A stretch of DNA of 63,596 bases, counting the filler, from Octopus bimaculoides (lineage: Eukaryota), in NCBI RefSeq assembly GCF_001194135.2. It is 6 parts of 6 records of this genome, joined end to end, with 100 filler letters (N's around TTAATTAATTAA, not from the genome) between each part and the next. Parts side by side here need not be neighbours in the genome. Positions count along the whole stretch, not along the records: positions 1 to 17,837 come from NC_068990.1; positions 17,938 to 45,397 come from NC_068983.1; 4 more parts are not named here. One strand, written 5' to 3'. The stretch's first letter is position 1, and each line of letters starts with the position of its first letter. The notes under the pieces are model-generated. The model was not told where the DNA came from, did no database searches, and worked only from the letters and a program-made list of their open reading frames with translations. Below are positions 12,133 to 24,556 of the stretch, piece after piece. The translations under genes were made by a program, and so were the position numbers.

Positions 12133-12681
12133 ATGTATGTGTATATATACACATACACACATACATATATACAATTATACATGCATACATATGTGTGTGG
12201 ACATGGTCCAGCCGCTGATTAGTCATCAACAAAAGCAGTCTCATCAATGTCAACCCCAAATTCATCATTGTCAGCCTCAAATTTATCCTCTGTCTCAATT
12301 ACATTGTCGTCTACCTCGATTTCGTCACCGACAATTTAAACGTCACTGAATGGTGGAACGAATTTTTTTAATGGGCTTTCTTTGCCGTCAGTGATACTCG
12401 TTGCAAAATTATAAAAGGATGTAAAACATTAAAATGCTTTGTAAATTGTCAAATAACCTGATACAATCCTCAATAAACATACATTTAGTACATTAGATGC
12501 AAAGACTACATACAGCAAAGATAAACATAAATATCAGCAATTTAACCTTTCATTTATTGTAACAGTTTCTTAATTCGATTTACTTATTCTTCAAACATCC
12601 AGTACAATCATCTATGGTAACCCGAGCCTATCTGGTGTTGATATAATATGTATTAAGCACACGCGCGCGCGCACACTCACA

Positions 12682-12754
<73 letters not shown>

Positions 12755-12915
12755 ACGAATGAGTGGAAAATCGAAAAAAAGTACCCAAAGCATTTGGTAG
12801 CAGTAGCATATTGTAATAAGATTGGGAAGGAGCTTTTATCTGATGAGATAGGTCCGCTCATGTGCCCACGAAATTTAAGTCATACGGAGCTGAGTGAAAT
12901 TGATAATTATATACA

Positions 12916-12988
<73 letters not shown>

Positions 12989-13686
12989 GCATGTGTTATT
13001 TAAAACATTCTGATTCGGTTCTGTGCTACTTCAAGTTTCGCAGGCGCCTAGCGGGTGTCCGATTCCTTCAGGCTCCTGGAATACAGTCACGTATGTGTGC
13101 GTGTATGCAGAAAGTAAGAGAGACAAGTTGGTTTCAGGCAGAGTAACATATATGATAGTTTTAATAGATTAGGGCTAATCTGGACCTAGAGAGAGAGAGA
13201 GAGAGAGAGAGAGAGNNNNNNNNNNNNNNNNNNNNNNNNNNNNNNNNNNNNNNNNNNNNNNNNNNNNNNNNNNNNNNNNNNNNNNNNNNNNNNNNNNNNN
13301 NNNNNNNNNNNNNNNNNNNNNNNNNNNNNNNNNNNNNNNNNNNNNNNNNNNNNNNNNNNNNNNNNNNNNNNNNNNNNNNNNNNNNNNNNNNNNNNNNNNN
13401 NNNNNNNNNNNNNNNNNNNNNNNNNNNNNNNNNNNNNNNNNNNNNNNNNNNNNNNNNNNNNNNNNNNNNNNNNNNNNNNNNNNNNNNNNNNNNNNNNNNN
13501 NNNNNNNNNNNNNNNNNNNNNNNNNNNNNNNNNNNNNNNNNNNNNNNNNNNNNNNNNNNNNNNNNNNNNNNNNNNNNNNNNNNNNNNNNNNNNNNNNNNN
13601 NNNACTCCTTTGGCTGATTAAGCGGTGTAAAGCGTATTTAATCTCCATACCGTCGTTTTATTTGCTTTTTTCATTTTAAATTTGCT

Positions 13687-13744
13687 TTAACCCTAACCCT
13701 AACCCTAACCCTAACATTAGGGTTAGGGTTAGGGTTAGGGTTAA
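13687..13744. repeat. Perfect inverted telomeric-type repeat TTAA(CCCTAA)4-CA-(TTAGGG)4TTAA
   Basis: Direct reading: two 28-nt perfect arms and a 2-nt spacer. Confidence 0.95.
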
Positions 13745-14242
13745 TTGTTTCAGAATCGTTTGTTTATGTAGTCGGCACTTAATGTATATCGGCTGAATGG
13801 ACGTCAGTGATTGGTTGAAATTACAGAAATACGACAACTTTAACATGGAATAACTTATGGATTTCTTTTTTTTTTTAAAGAAGACTAAGAGAAAAAGATG
13901 TTTTATATGACACATTCTACCAGTGTTCCAAGTTTCAGTGTTTCGTTAATGAAAAATGTGGCCCCCGTTTTAAAAAAAGAAACGTATTTCCCTCACCTCT
14001 GTGCACGGAATTCAAGTCCCGCTGAAGTCAACTTGATCCCATCTTTTTGAGGTCGATGAATAAAGTACCAGCACAAGTCGAAATTGCTAGAACATTGGCA
14101 AAGTTGCTTTGCGTTATTTCTTTCGGCATTTTACATTCGAGTGTACCTGTGTTTGTGTATGGGTGTGTGTATGAGTGCTCGTGCATATGTACATGTGTTG
14201 GGATTGTACCTGGTTTTCAGCATAATCTATTTTAAAATAATA

Positions 14243-14431
14243 ATCCTTTCTTTTATAGGCACAAGGCCTGAAATGTAGGGAAGCGGGGCAGTCGATTACA
14301 TCGATTCCAGTATTCAACCGGTACTCTCCGAAAGGATGAAATGTCAAAGTCTACCTCGGTAGAATTTGAGCGCCGAACACGAAGACGGATTAAATACCGC
14401 TAAGCGCATTTTGTTTGGCGTGCTAACGACT
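14243..14431 (-). mobile_element. SINE family C
   Basis: Homologous to 8084-8308 and 40953-41162. Confidence 0.75.
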
Positions 14432-14487
14432 GTGTCAACTCGCTGCATTAATGATAATAATGAAGATGATGATGAACATATTAATAA

Positions 14488-14518
<31 letters not shown>

Positions 14519-14542
14519 CATAATAATAATAATAACAACAAC

Positions 14543-14582
<40 letters not shown>

Positions 14583-14584
<2 letters not shown>

Positions 14585-14780
14585 CTTTTCTACTATAGAC
14601 ACAAGGTCTGAAATTGTTGGGGAGGGGCTAGTCGATTACATCAACCGCAGTGTTTTACTGGTACTTAATTTATCGACCTCGAGCGGATGAAAGGCAAAGT
14701 CGACCTCGGCGGAATCTGAGCTCAGAGCGTAGCGACGGGCGAAATAGCGATAAGCATTTCTCCCAGCATGCTAGCAATTC
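14583..14780 (-). mobile_element. SINE family C embedded in (AAT)n
   Basis: Homologous to other family C copies; (AAT)n on both sides. Confidence 0.8.
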
Positions 14781-14848
<68 letters not shown>

Positions 14849-15369
14849 GTGCCCGGATGCAGTACCAGGCAGTGGCTCTCATGGCTTCTGATCTTAATTG
14901 ACTTTGTCTTGGTTTAAAAAGATGGGCTACAACAAATATTCTGCTTAATACCACAGATTTGCTTGTCAGTTGTTTGACCTTAACCAGTTGAGCATGTCCC
15001 TTGGTGGCTGACGATATGTGCATCTCTGATCATGAGCAGAAGTAGTGGGGGAGCATCATAGCCATGTGTTGAGAGGAATTCTTTGGGGTTTGAATAATTC
15101 ACCTATGGAAACATGGGTGTTTTGCTCAACATCCTTAAACAAACCTTATTCAGGGACCTTTTGAGCGGGATGGGCTACTCGACCTGAAGAAAATTCTAAC
15201 TGGGCCCCACCTGCGAGGTCATGTGCTGTTCATCTTGATATGAGATCATGTCGCGTACATATGGTTGTTATGCATGTGCCTGGTGTACCCTAATCACACG
15301 GGTAGTCATGATGGGTATAATGGGCTTCGTATATTTTACCCCAGTGTCACTTTGTGTGCTCTCTCACTC
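14849..15369 (+). mobile_element. Unclassified retroposon-like repeat with (AAT)n tail
   Basis: Its 3' ~230 bp recurs at 54330-54556 (TTTTGAGC[G/A]GGATGGGCTACTC..CTCTCTCACTCAATAATAAT); both copies end in (AAT)n. Confidence 0.7.
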
Positions 15370-15421
<52 letters not shown>

Positions 15422-16112
15422 GTAAGTATAGCAATGATGATGATTATATGATGATGATGATGATGATGAGGAGGAGGAGGATGGGGATGATAATCATAAA
15501 AGAGTTTTCAAACAATAATGTGTCGGCTTCGGTACTGAATTTTGTCGCTCTTCGATGTTTTGTTTTAAAATTACACTGAAGCCGATAATTACTAAATGGC
15601 TTTGCACCAAGTAGAAAAAAATTATTTTCTTAAGGAAGACAGAAGGCAATCAATTTCATTTTGATAGACAGTTTTATTAAACAGTGTTTTTAGTTTTGGC
15701 AGATTTGAACTGTTTCACCAAAGTTTTTGTCATCCTATGTCACTGATGATAAGCGTTTTTGCTGTGATCTTCCAGTGTTTTTGAGTATCTAAGCACATGG
15801 ATTTTTGCTCTGTCCTATTTTTTTAAACACTGTAGTATGTATTTCAGGGCGAGTTGGTTATAATGTCTAGCAAGATGAGTGACCATGTAGATGTACTCTC
15901 CTCGTGCCAAGCATATCTATGCAGTTGTGTATTATATCTTAATTGAGTCAGTGACGTGGCCTCTACGTAGTCTTTCTACTTGCTTGAGATAGCAACTAAA
16001 CCTTCCTCAAATAATACCCCACCAGCTTAAATAACTGATATATATAATCCTTGATATTCTAAAAGACTATATTGTCACTACTAGAACACCTGCAATCAGG
16101 CCACGCGATATA

Positions 16113-16800
16113 TCAGGCTGAGTAAAAAGTAAGCAACGTTTTGAAATATGAAATTCATCACAATATCCTTCAACAGTGTGGAAATTTTATTCATCAAAGT
16201 AAGTACCATTACAAGCAACACGTTTTTGCCAATGAGTTACGAGTGTGTTTATTCTGGTAACATAAAAATCTGGAGTTCTGGAGCTGATAAACTCTTTGAA
16301 CGGACTTTCAGCATCGGTTTGATCTTTGTACTCCTCTCGCACGAAACCATCAAGGTGCTTGAAAAAGGGGTAATCGGTAGGAGAAAGGTCTAGGGAATAA
16401 GCTGGGCGAGGAAGAACTTCGTAGCCAAGGTCTCTCAACTTCTGGAGCGTCATTAGTGAAACATGTCGTCAAACATTGTCATGAAGAATGATTGGCCTTC
16501 TTCTGGTGACAGGTCTTGGACTAAAAAGTAGCAGTTTTTCGTTTATTTTGGCAATTTCATGACAATATGTTTCTGCAGTAATGGTTTTTCTGAGTTTTAA
16601 GAAGTTATAGTGGATGAGTCCTGCAGTACACCACCAAACAGTCACCGTAACCTTTTTGAAGAGCCCGCGTTTAGGGAAGGTTTTCGGTGCTTCATCTTGG
16701 TCTAACCACTGCGAAGAACGTTTTTTGTTATTGTACAGAATCTATTTTTCATTGCAAGTTACAATATTGTCGAGAAATGAATCGGTATGGTTCTTTTTAA
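16113..16800 (-). mobile_element. Mariner (DD34D) transposon relic, Hsmar1/cecropia-like, 5'-truncated
   Basis: Translation FLDNIVTCNEK*ILYNNKKRSSQWLDQDEAPK..KKVTVTVWWCTAGLIHYNFL..TITAETYC..PIILHDNV*RHVSLMTLQKLRDLGYEVLPRPAYSLDLSPTDY..HWQKRVACNGTYFDE; TA|TCAGGCTGAGTAAAAAGTAAG terminal repeat. Two in-frame stops and first catalytic D>N. Confidence 0.92.
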
Positions 16801-17293
16801 CACAATATATCTATATATAAAGGAAATCTGGTATTTTTTTCCGGACGGAAAACAGCAGCTTCAGGCCATTCGATGATGCATACATATTAAGCATATTTCA
16901 CACACACACANNNNNNNNNNNNNNNNNNNNNNNNNNNNNNNNNNNNNNNNNNNNNNNNNNNNNNNNNNNNNNNNNNNNNNNNNNNNNNNNNNNNNNNNNN
17001 NNNNNNNNNNNNNNNNNNNNNNNNNNNNNNNNNNNNNNNNNNNNNNNNNNNNNNNNNNNNNNNNNNNNNNNNNNNNNNNNNNNNNNNNNNNNNNNNNNNN
17101 NNNNNNNNNNNNNNNNNNNNNNNNNNNNNNNNNNNNNNNNNNNNNNNNNNNNNNNNNNNNNNNNNNNNNNNNNNNNNNNNNNNNNNNNNNNNNNNNNNNN
17201 NNNNNNNNNNNNNNNNNNNNNNNNNNNNNACACACACATACACACAATACGCACATACACATGCACACACATATTTGAATATATACTTATATA

Positions 17294-17397
17294 GGCGCAG
17301 GAGTGGCTGTGTGGTAAGTAGGTTGCTTACGAACCACATGGTTCTGATCGTTCTGGGTTCAGTCCCACTGCGTGGCACCTTGGGCAAGTGTCTTCTN
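17294..17397 (+). mobile_element. SINE family B, 5' part abutting gap
   Basis: GGCGCAGGAGTGGCTGTGTGGTAAGTAG..GGGTTCAGTCCCACTGCGTGGCACCTTGGGCAAGTGTCTT. Confidence 0.85.
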
Positions 17398-17798
17398 NNN
17401 NNNNNNNNNNNNNNNNNNNNNNNNNNNNNNNNNNNNNNNNNNNNNNNNNNNNNNNNNNNNNNNNNNNNNNNNNNNNNNNNNNNNNNNNNNNNNNNNTCCG
17501 CATTTATTCTTAGGGAATGTATATATATATAGATGTATATATATATTTATATACATATGTATATATCTATATATGTATATATAGACACATATACATATAA
17601 AGATATATATATATATAGACACATATCAATATGAACACATTAGTAGTATTATAACGGAAGTAAGTCATTAAAATTTAACAGAGAAAAATGAATATCTTGT
17701 TAATTTTCTGAAGGGATATCTAATGATAGATAGTTATTAATTTCTCTCCATTTTCTGATAAACACTTCTATTTTGAAGAAAAAATTGTTCTCAAAAGT

Positions 17799-17837
<39 letters not shown>

Positions 17838-17881
17838 NNNNNNNNNNNNNNNNNNNNNNNNNNNNNNNNNNNNNNNNNNNN

Positions 17882-17893
17882 TTAATTAATTAA
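17882..17893. other. Assembly gap spacer TTAATTAATTAA (also 45442, 54046, 56945, 61893)
   Basis: The same 12-mer sits isolated inside N runs five times and carries stops in all six frames; artificial. Confidence 0.9.
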
Positions 17894-17937
17894 NNNNNNN
17901 NNNNNNNNNNNNNNNNNNNNNNNNNNNNNNNNNNNNN

Positions 17938-17978
<41 letters not shown>

Positions 17979-19734
17979 TGAACACTCATACATACGTCTG
18001 GAAATATATTATATACGAAAATTCAAAGAGAATTCCAAGTATTATGAAAAATAAAATATTCTGCTTCAAAAGATATTTATAAAGAATAAACTAACAACGT
18101 TCCATTTGATATAAATACTTTTTTCATTTCATCTATTGTTGTATATATTTACATCTCGTGAAAAACATAGAAAATACATAAAACTCGACATACACAGAAG
18201 CGAATTAATAACAACTTAATGTTGATTCTAATAAGAAATATCGTTACTAATATTGGTTTCCGATTTAAGAAATTGCAAATTACCTAAGTAGGGAAGATAT
18301 TGAACATATTTGACTTTTGGAATAATTATTAACATTGTTCTGAATTCTTCTGTTCACGTACCAAATTGCTTCGGATATAGTTTGAATTGACCAGCAAGCA
18401 TGTCATATATGCTTAAATAAGTATTAGTTACGTGATGCGCACGCTAGTTTCCTAGTGTGAAGCGTTTGGCTCTAGTTTCGTCGAAAGACCCATAAATACA
18501 ATGAAATGCATATATGCATATATATATATATATANNNNNNNNNNNNNNNNNNNNNNNNNNNNNNNNNNNNNNNNNNNNNNNNNNNNNNNNNNNNNNNNNN
18601 NNNNNNNNNNNNNNNNNNNNNNNNNNNNNNNNNNNNNNNNNNNNNNNNNNNNNNNNNNNNNNNNNNNNNNNNNNNNNNNNNNNNNNNNNNNNNNNNNNNN
18701 NNNNNNNNNNNNNNNNNNNNNNNNNNNNNNNNNNNNNNNNNNNNNNNNNNNNNNNNNNNNNNNNNNNNNNNNNNNNNNNNNNNNNNNNNNNNNNNNNNNN
18801 NNNNNNNNNNNNNNNNNNNNNNNNNNNNNNNNNNNNNNNNNNNNNNNNNNNNNNNNNNNNNNNNNNNNNNNNNNNNNNNNNNNNNNNNNNNNNNNNNNNN
18901 NNNNNNNNNNNNNNNNNNNNNNNNNNNNNNNNNNNNNNNNNNNNNNNNNNNNNNNNNNNNNNNNNNNNNNNNNNNNNNNNNNNNNNNNNNNNNNNNNNNN
19001 NNNNNNNNNNNNNNNNNNNNNNNNNNNNNNNNNNNNNNNNNNNNNNNNATATATATTACATATATATATATATATATATATATACACCTCAGCAGGGATA
19101 TTGCAGGCTTTTCTAAATCTATCACCATGTTATCATGCCTTCCGTACCGTTAGTAGATATGTCAGTGCCATAAGCGTTTCGCCCTTTAGCCTGTACGTTT
19201 CAGCTGGATGCGGAAGCAAGGACTGAACTAAACTTCACCTCACGGAAAGATTCAACCGTAGTCACCCTATGATTGTTTCATCTGATGTGCAATTCTTTTA
19301 TTTCCATCCCTCAGTTATTTTGTGCCTTTCCTCAGTTATTTGTATTCCTTACATGTCTTCTATAGCAAATAGTGCATTGGCGTAGCTGCAAAACCGCATC
19401 AGCCGACTTCAATGGGGAACGAGGTCATATGCCATCCCTTCATAAGGTACTCTTCGATTAAGTTCTGATAGCTTGTTTTCTTTACCTAGTGAGAAATATT
19501 AATCCAGTCTTCCCAGAGTACTGGGACTGTAACTTTAAAGATGATGTACTGCCAAAGAGCGGGAACATAATGTTACTACTGTCTCCTCTGGAGAGACGAA
19601 CTTTCTCTTTCGGTCTATTTCCCTCCCCTAGGCAGAGGATGAGTGCAAACATGTTCCCAGTCTTCTTTGTAACCTTCCTTTCAGGCATTTGATACCTTTG
19701 CTGTTGGTAACTGTTTTCTCTTATCCTTCACCCA

Positions 19735-19771
<37 letters not shown>

Positions 19772-21030
19772 CAATTTTCGAACCAGTTGACCGCTAAATC
19801 CACAATTTTGTGTTCATTCTACCTCTGTTTATTTTCTATTATTCCTTCTGTTCATGAGCGTAGGCTTGAAACGTAAGAGACTTTCTCACTTTCCTGAACG
19901 TCAAACTAATACCCCTGCTTCTTGTTCATACATCTATCTTCGTCTTATGCTTTTCCGTAAATTTCAACCATATATATATTTAATTCAAATTTACAAAAGA
20001 CAAAGATGTAGACTGGTGTAAGAATAACGAGTAGGTATATTAGTTTGACGCAGGAGGGAAATGGAAAATAATGGAAAAGAAGGGAGAGAATGAAAAAAAA
20101 ATAGAAGAGAGAAAGAAATTTTTTGTAGAGGTTAACGGTTGAACATGACGAAATATATATATACAAATATACATATTATATGAGTGTGTTTCTGTGTATC
20201 ATAATATTAGATTATCACACATATGCACACATACATATATATTTACATATATGTGTGTGTTTCGGTGTGCGTGTCTGTGTGCGCTTGTGTTTATGTGGCA
20301 TACAGACACCAAATAGGGACACTCGTACACATACTCATCGTGTATATAACGGTATGTGTCAATATAATAATTTCAAATACATTTTTAATCTGTTAGCCAT
20401 ACGAATGCACATGTCAACGTATATTCCTCTATATACACATACACACACGAGCATGTGCGTGTGCACATGAGAAATTTGAAAGCAAAAACGTTCAAGTAAA
20501 AATATAATTATATACAATATAAAATATGAAAATAAAGATAAGATAGAAGGAGCATGAATATATACCGCTGTCCAATGAATCTACTGAATGAATCTTGTAT
20601 ACATAATGAATTTCGTAATCAATCTTCAAAATTTAAGCCGAGAAAATATTCTGGCAAAAAAACAAACAAAGTGTCACGCGCAAATCTGAAAATTCCTCGC
20701 GTACAATTGTAACAATATTTTCTCTGACATTCTCAGTGGAATACATTGGAGACCTACGGTAATAAATTTACGCGATCAAACGCAGTGATGGAGAGGTTTA
20801 GCAATAAAAGTAAATAGGAATTTATTTAAAAACAATCTACATTTCGAGTACTATAAAAACAAATCATAAATTTATTTAAAATCAAATAGAGTATCAGATT
20901 TTTTTTTTCTCAGGATATGAGAACATACGTTTCATATAAAAAGACAAAACAAAGCAGTGAAACCTCCCATGTAAAACAACTAATTAAAATTTTAAATAAA
21001 TAACTGAAATTAAATATTGGATTCGAATCT

Positions 21031-21217
21031 GGGTACAAGACCACCAAATTCAAAAAATAGGGTAAGTCTATTATATCGACTCCAGTGGTCAACTGGCAAT
21101 TATTTTATCAATCTCGAAGGACGAAAGGTTGAGTCAACCACGGCGAAATTTGATCTCAGAACGATAAGATGGACGAAACGCAGTAAAATATTTTGCCCGG
21201 TCAGCCAATGGTTCTGC
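21031..21217 (-). mobile_element. SINE family C, diverged
   Basis: Homologous to other family C copies. Confidence 0.65.
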
Positions 21218-22924
21218 AATATGGTATACCATATTTATATATCGCTAAACCATTTCAAACCTTTATATACACGAACACAACTGTTTGTGTATGCATATAG
21301 AGAATGATATATAAATAACTGCATTTTTATGTTTGTGAGTTTGTGTGTCTATGTGTGTGTATGTGCATGAGGAGCACTATGTATGTAGGTATAAATGTAT
21401 GTATGTATGTATAAATGTATGTATGTATGTATGTATGCATGTATGTATGTATGGGTGTGTATGTGTACTATTATAGTTCTTTAATACTAAAGAAAATATA
21501 TTGATTCATTTTCTATAAATCTTTATGTAGCTAGTAGATATATTAGCTTTGGAATAATATTTTGTCACTTCGTTATTGATGTAACTTAAACAAAACAAAA
21601 ACAAATGTAATTGATGTTCATTACCCACCGGCAGCTGATCTTAATAATTCATTCAGCAGTATTTTCATCTATCTTATGTATAATACAGACAAACCATTTC
21701 ATAAGACAATGGTATACGTTTTGTACTGATTTAAAAGAAAAAAATATCTATAATGGTTTTACATAAAATTCAAATAAGTAAATCAATATTAAAATTCAAT
21801 TCTCCATTTACATGTATCGCCCATAATTATTCCGGTGCAAAAGCTATGGGACTGCCCGTTTTTTGAGGCTTCACTATTATATAAAAAAGACGGGCTTAGC
21901 TTATGTCGTCTACATTTTTACTGAGAACATTTTATATCATAATTAAACGGATAGAATATATTTATTATATTTATCAATGTGTAAGGCGTCGAATTAGCAG
22001 AATCAAAACCATGATGGGCGACATCTTGTGCATTTTTTTTTCATTTTTATTTTCTGAGTTCAAATGCTGCCAACGTCAACTTTGCGTTTGATGCATTCGT
22101 GGTCAATATAGTAAGTACCAGTTGAGCACGAGGTCGATGTAATTGAGTTGCGACTTCACGGAAATTGCTGGATTTCCGCTAAAATATGAGACTAATATTA
22201 TCTATGCTTAAATAGTTTATTTCCTTTCCTTAGTTTATCTATTTAAAATATAATAACCTAATCTCAGCTCAATTTATAAAAGATAACGGTCGTTTTAACA
22301 GAATCATTTAAACGTAATATCTTTGAATAGGGACACTGATTTAGATAATAATATTCATTATTCTGAAGCTTTCATTTAGCATTCTTTTCCGTTAGGTAAA
22401 TTTTCTAATAAAAATCGTTTTTCATTTCCATTCATTAATATTTATTTCGATTTCAGAACATAACTACGTTAGCAGCGTTACATTCTATTTCAAGACCTTT
22501 CTTTTCTTTCATCATGGAGGTTAAATTAATATTTGTCTCTCTCGTATTTATGTTTCAACGTAAGGTTTTATTTCATTAAATATTGAATAGTTATACGGAG
22601 AGCACACACATACAAACTCAAGCACAAATACATTCAATCGAAATGACAAAAACCTACAAGAACCAACTATTACATCCGTAAAATGCAGTCGGTTGTTCGA
22701 AATACATTCCCATGGGTACGTATACTTTCGATATACACTAACTGATTTCATACATATATTTCCATTTCAATACAGAAAATTCCTTTTCAGATCAAGTAAT
22801 AAACTATGTCTGTTTGTGATGATATTGACATTCATGGTGTACACGGACAATTATAAGCGACAGAGTTCAATATAGATACACAAAAATATATGCAGCCGAT
22901 TTATATTCATTAAGCATATAAAGT

Positions 22925-23245
22925 ATGTTCAATTGTGCTGCACCCGGCGAAGAGTTTTTGTGAAAACTGGGTTCCCGAGGTGGTCATTAAGGTCTGCAGT
23001 AATTTTGGGAGCTGTACATTTGTAATCCTTTATAACAATACGCGTAAGAGTCCTATGGTCCCTAGCTGAAAGTTTTGGTTCTCTTCCAGAGTTTTGTTTC
23101 GACGAGGAAATTTTTCCTCTTTCTCAAATGCTGTCATTAGTTTCGAGAGAGTACGTGCTGATACACCAAATATTTCGTTATGCTAGCGCCTGCCATAGGA
23201 ACACTAACGATTTAACCTCTTTGAAAGTCCAATAGATCTGTTATT
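22925..23245 (-). mobile_element. Tc1 transposase N-terminal (HTH DNA-binding) fragment
   Basis: DLLDFQRG*IVSVPMAGASITK..GVSARTLSKLMTAFEKEEK..QNSGREPKLSARDHRTLTRIVIKDYKCTAPKITADLNDHLGNPVFTKTLRR, a classic Tc1 N-terminus with the GRxxK linker. Confidence 0.85.
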
Positions 23246-24514
23246 TTAATTAATTTTAATTACCTGTTTCTGATGATACCTGAAACGAAATAACAATTTT
23301 AACAAAACATTAAGCAACACTAATAATAAAACCAAAATATAAAAATAAACAAGCTTTGAACAGTTTTATAGATATTTCAAAATGATGATGCTACGATGCT
23401 AGGTGTTTCCATTATTTTGTCCAACCCCTGTATCTATCATGAATATATCTATCTATACAAAAGTACAAACACATATATATATACACATATACTTCCATAG
23501 GCAAGAATACGTGTGTAAACATATACATACATACGTACGTACATACATACATGCATGCATACATACATACATACATACATACGTACGTACATACATACAT
23601 ACATACATACATACATACGTATTCACATGCATGCACATATATAGAGAACCAAACTTTTGACGATAACTAATTTTTTGGGAGATGAGTGATGGGTCGGACA
23701 TGGTCTGACGAAGCCTGTCAATGACGAAATTTCGAAACACAAAAAAAGATACCGCGAACATTTTCCGAGCAAAAAAATGATTTTGGACTTGTTTCAGTTA
23801 ATGTTTGCTTTTAAATAAGAATTCATACCTCCATACACAAGCGCACAATCACGAATATATGTATATATGNNNNNNNNNNNNNNNNNNNNNNNNNNNNNNN
23901 NNNNNNNNNNNNNNNNNNNNNNNNNNNNNNNNNNNNNNNNNNNNNNNNNNNNNNNNNNNNNNNNNNNNNNNNNNNNNNNNNNNNNNNNNNNNNNNNNNNN
24001 NNNNNNNNNNNNNNNNNNNNNNNNNNNNNNNNNNNNNNNNNNNNNNNNNNNNNNNNNNNNNNNNNNNNNNNNNNNNNNNNNNNNNNNNNNNNNNNNNNNN
24101 NNNNNNNNNNNNNNNNNNNNNNNNNNNNNNNNNNNNNNNNNNNNNNNNNNNNNNNNNNNNNNNNNNNNNNNNNNNNNNNNNNNNNNNNNNNNNNNNNNNN
24201 NNNNNNNNNNNNNNNNNNNNNNNNNNNNNNNNNNNNNNNNNNNNNNNNNNNNNNNNNNNNNNNNNNNNNNNNNNNNNNNNNNNNNNNNNNNNNNNNNNNN
24301 NNNNNNNNNNNNNNNNNNNNNNNNNNNNNNNNNNNNNNNNNNNNNNNNNNNNNNNNNNNNNNNNNNNNNNNNNNNNNNNNNNNNNNNNNNNNNNNNNNNN
24401 NNNNNNNNNNNNNNNNNNNNNNNNNNNNNNNNNNNNNNNNNNNNNNNNNNNNNNNNNNNNNNNNNNNNNNNNNNNNNNNNNNNNNNNNNNNNNNNNNNNN
24501 NNNNNNNNNNNNNN

Positions 24515-24556
<42 letters not shown>

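Noticed and set aside
13687-13744. Chromosome-fusion scar
   Set aside because: Repeat order is opposite to a telomere-telomere fusion and the tracts are very short.
17882-17893. Recurrent palindromic 12-mer TTAATTAATTAA at five sites
   Set aside because: Always isolated inside N gaps; a scaffolding spacer with six-frame stops, not biology.
19330-19700. Possible LINE RT motif (MAYDLVPH, minus strand) and two ~68-aa ORFs
   Set aside because: A single short motif with no supporting RT blocks.
21812-22024. MITE-like inverted ends (TCGCCCAT / ATGGGCGA)
   Set aside because: Short matches, no TSD and no second copy in the window.
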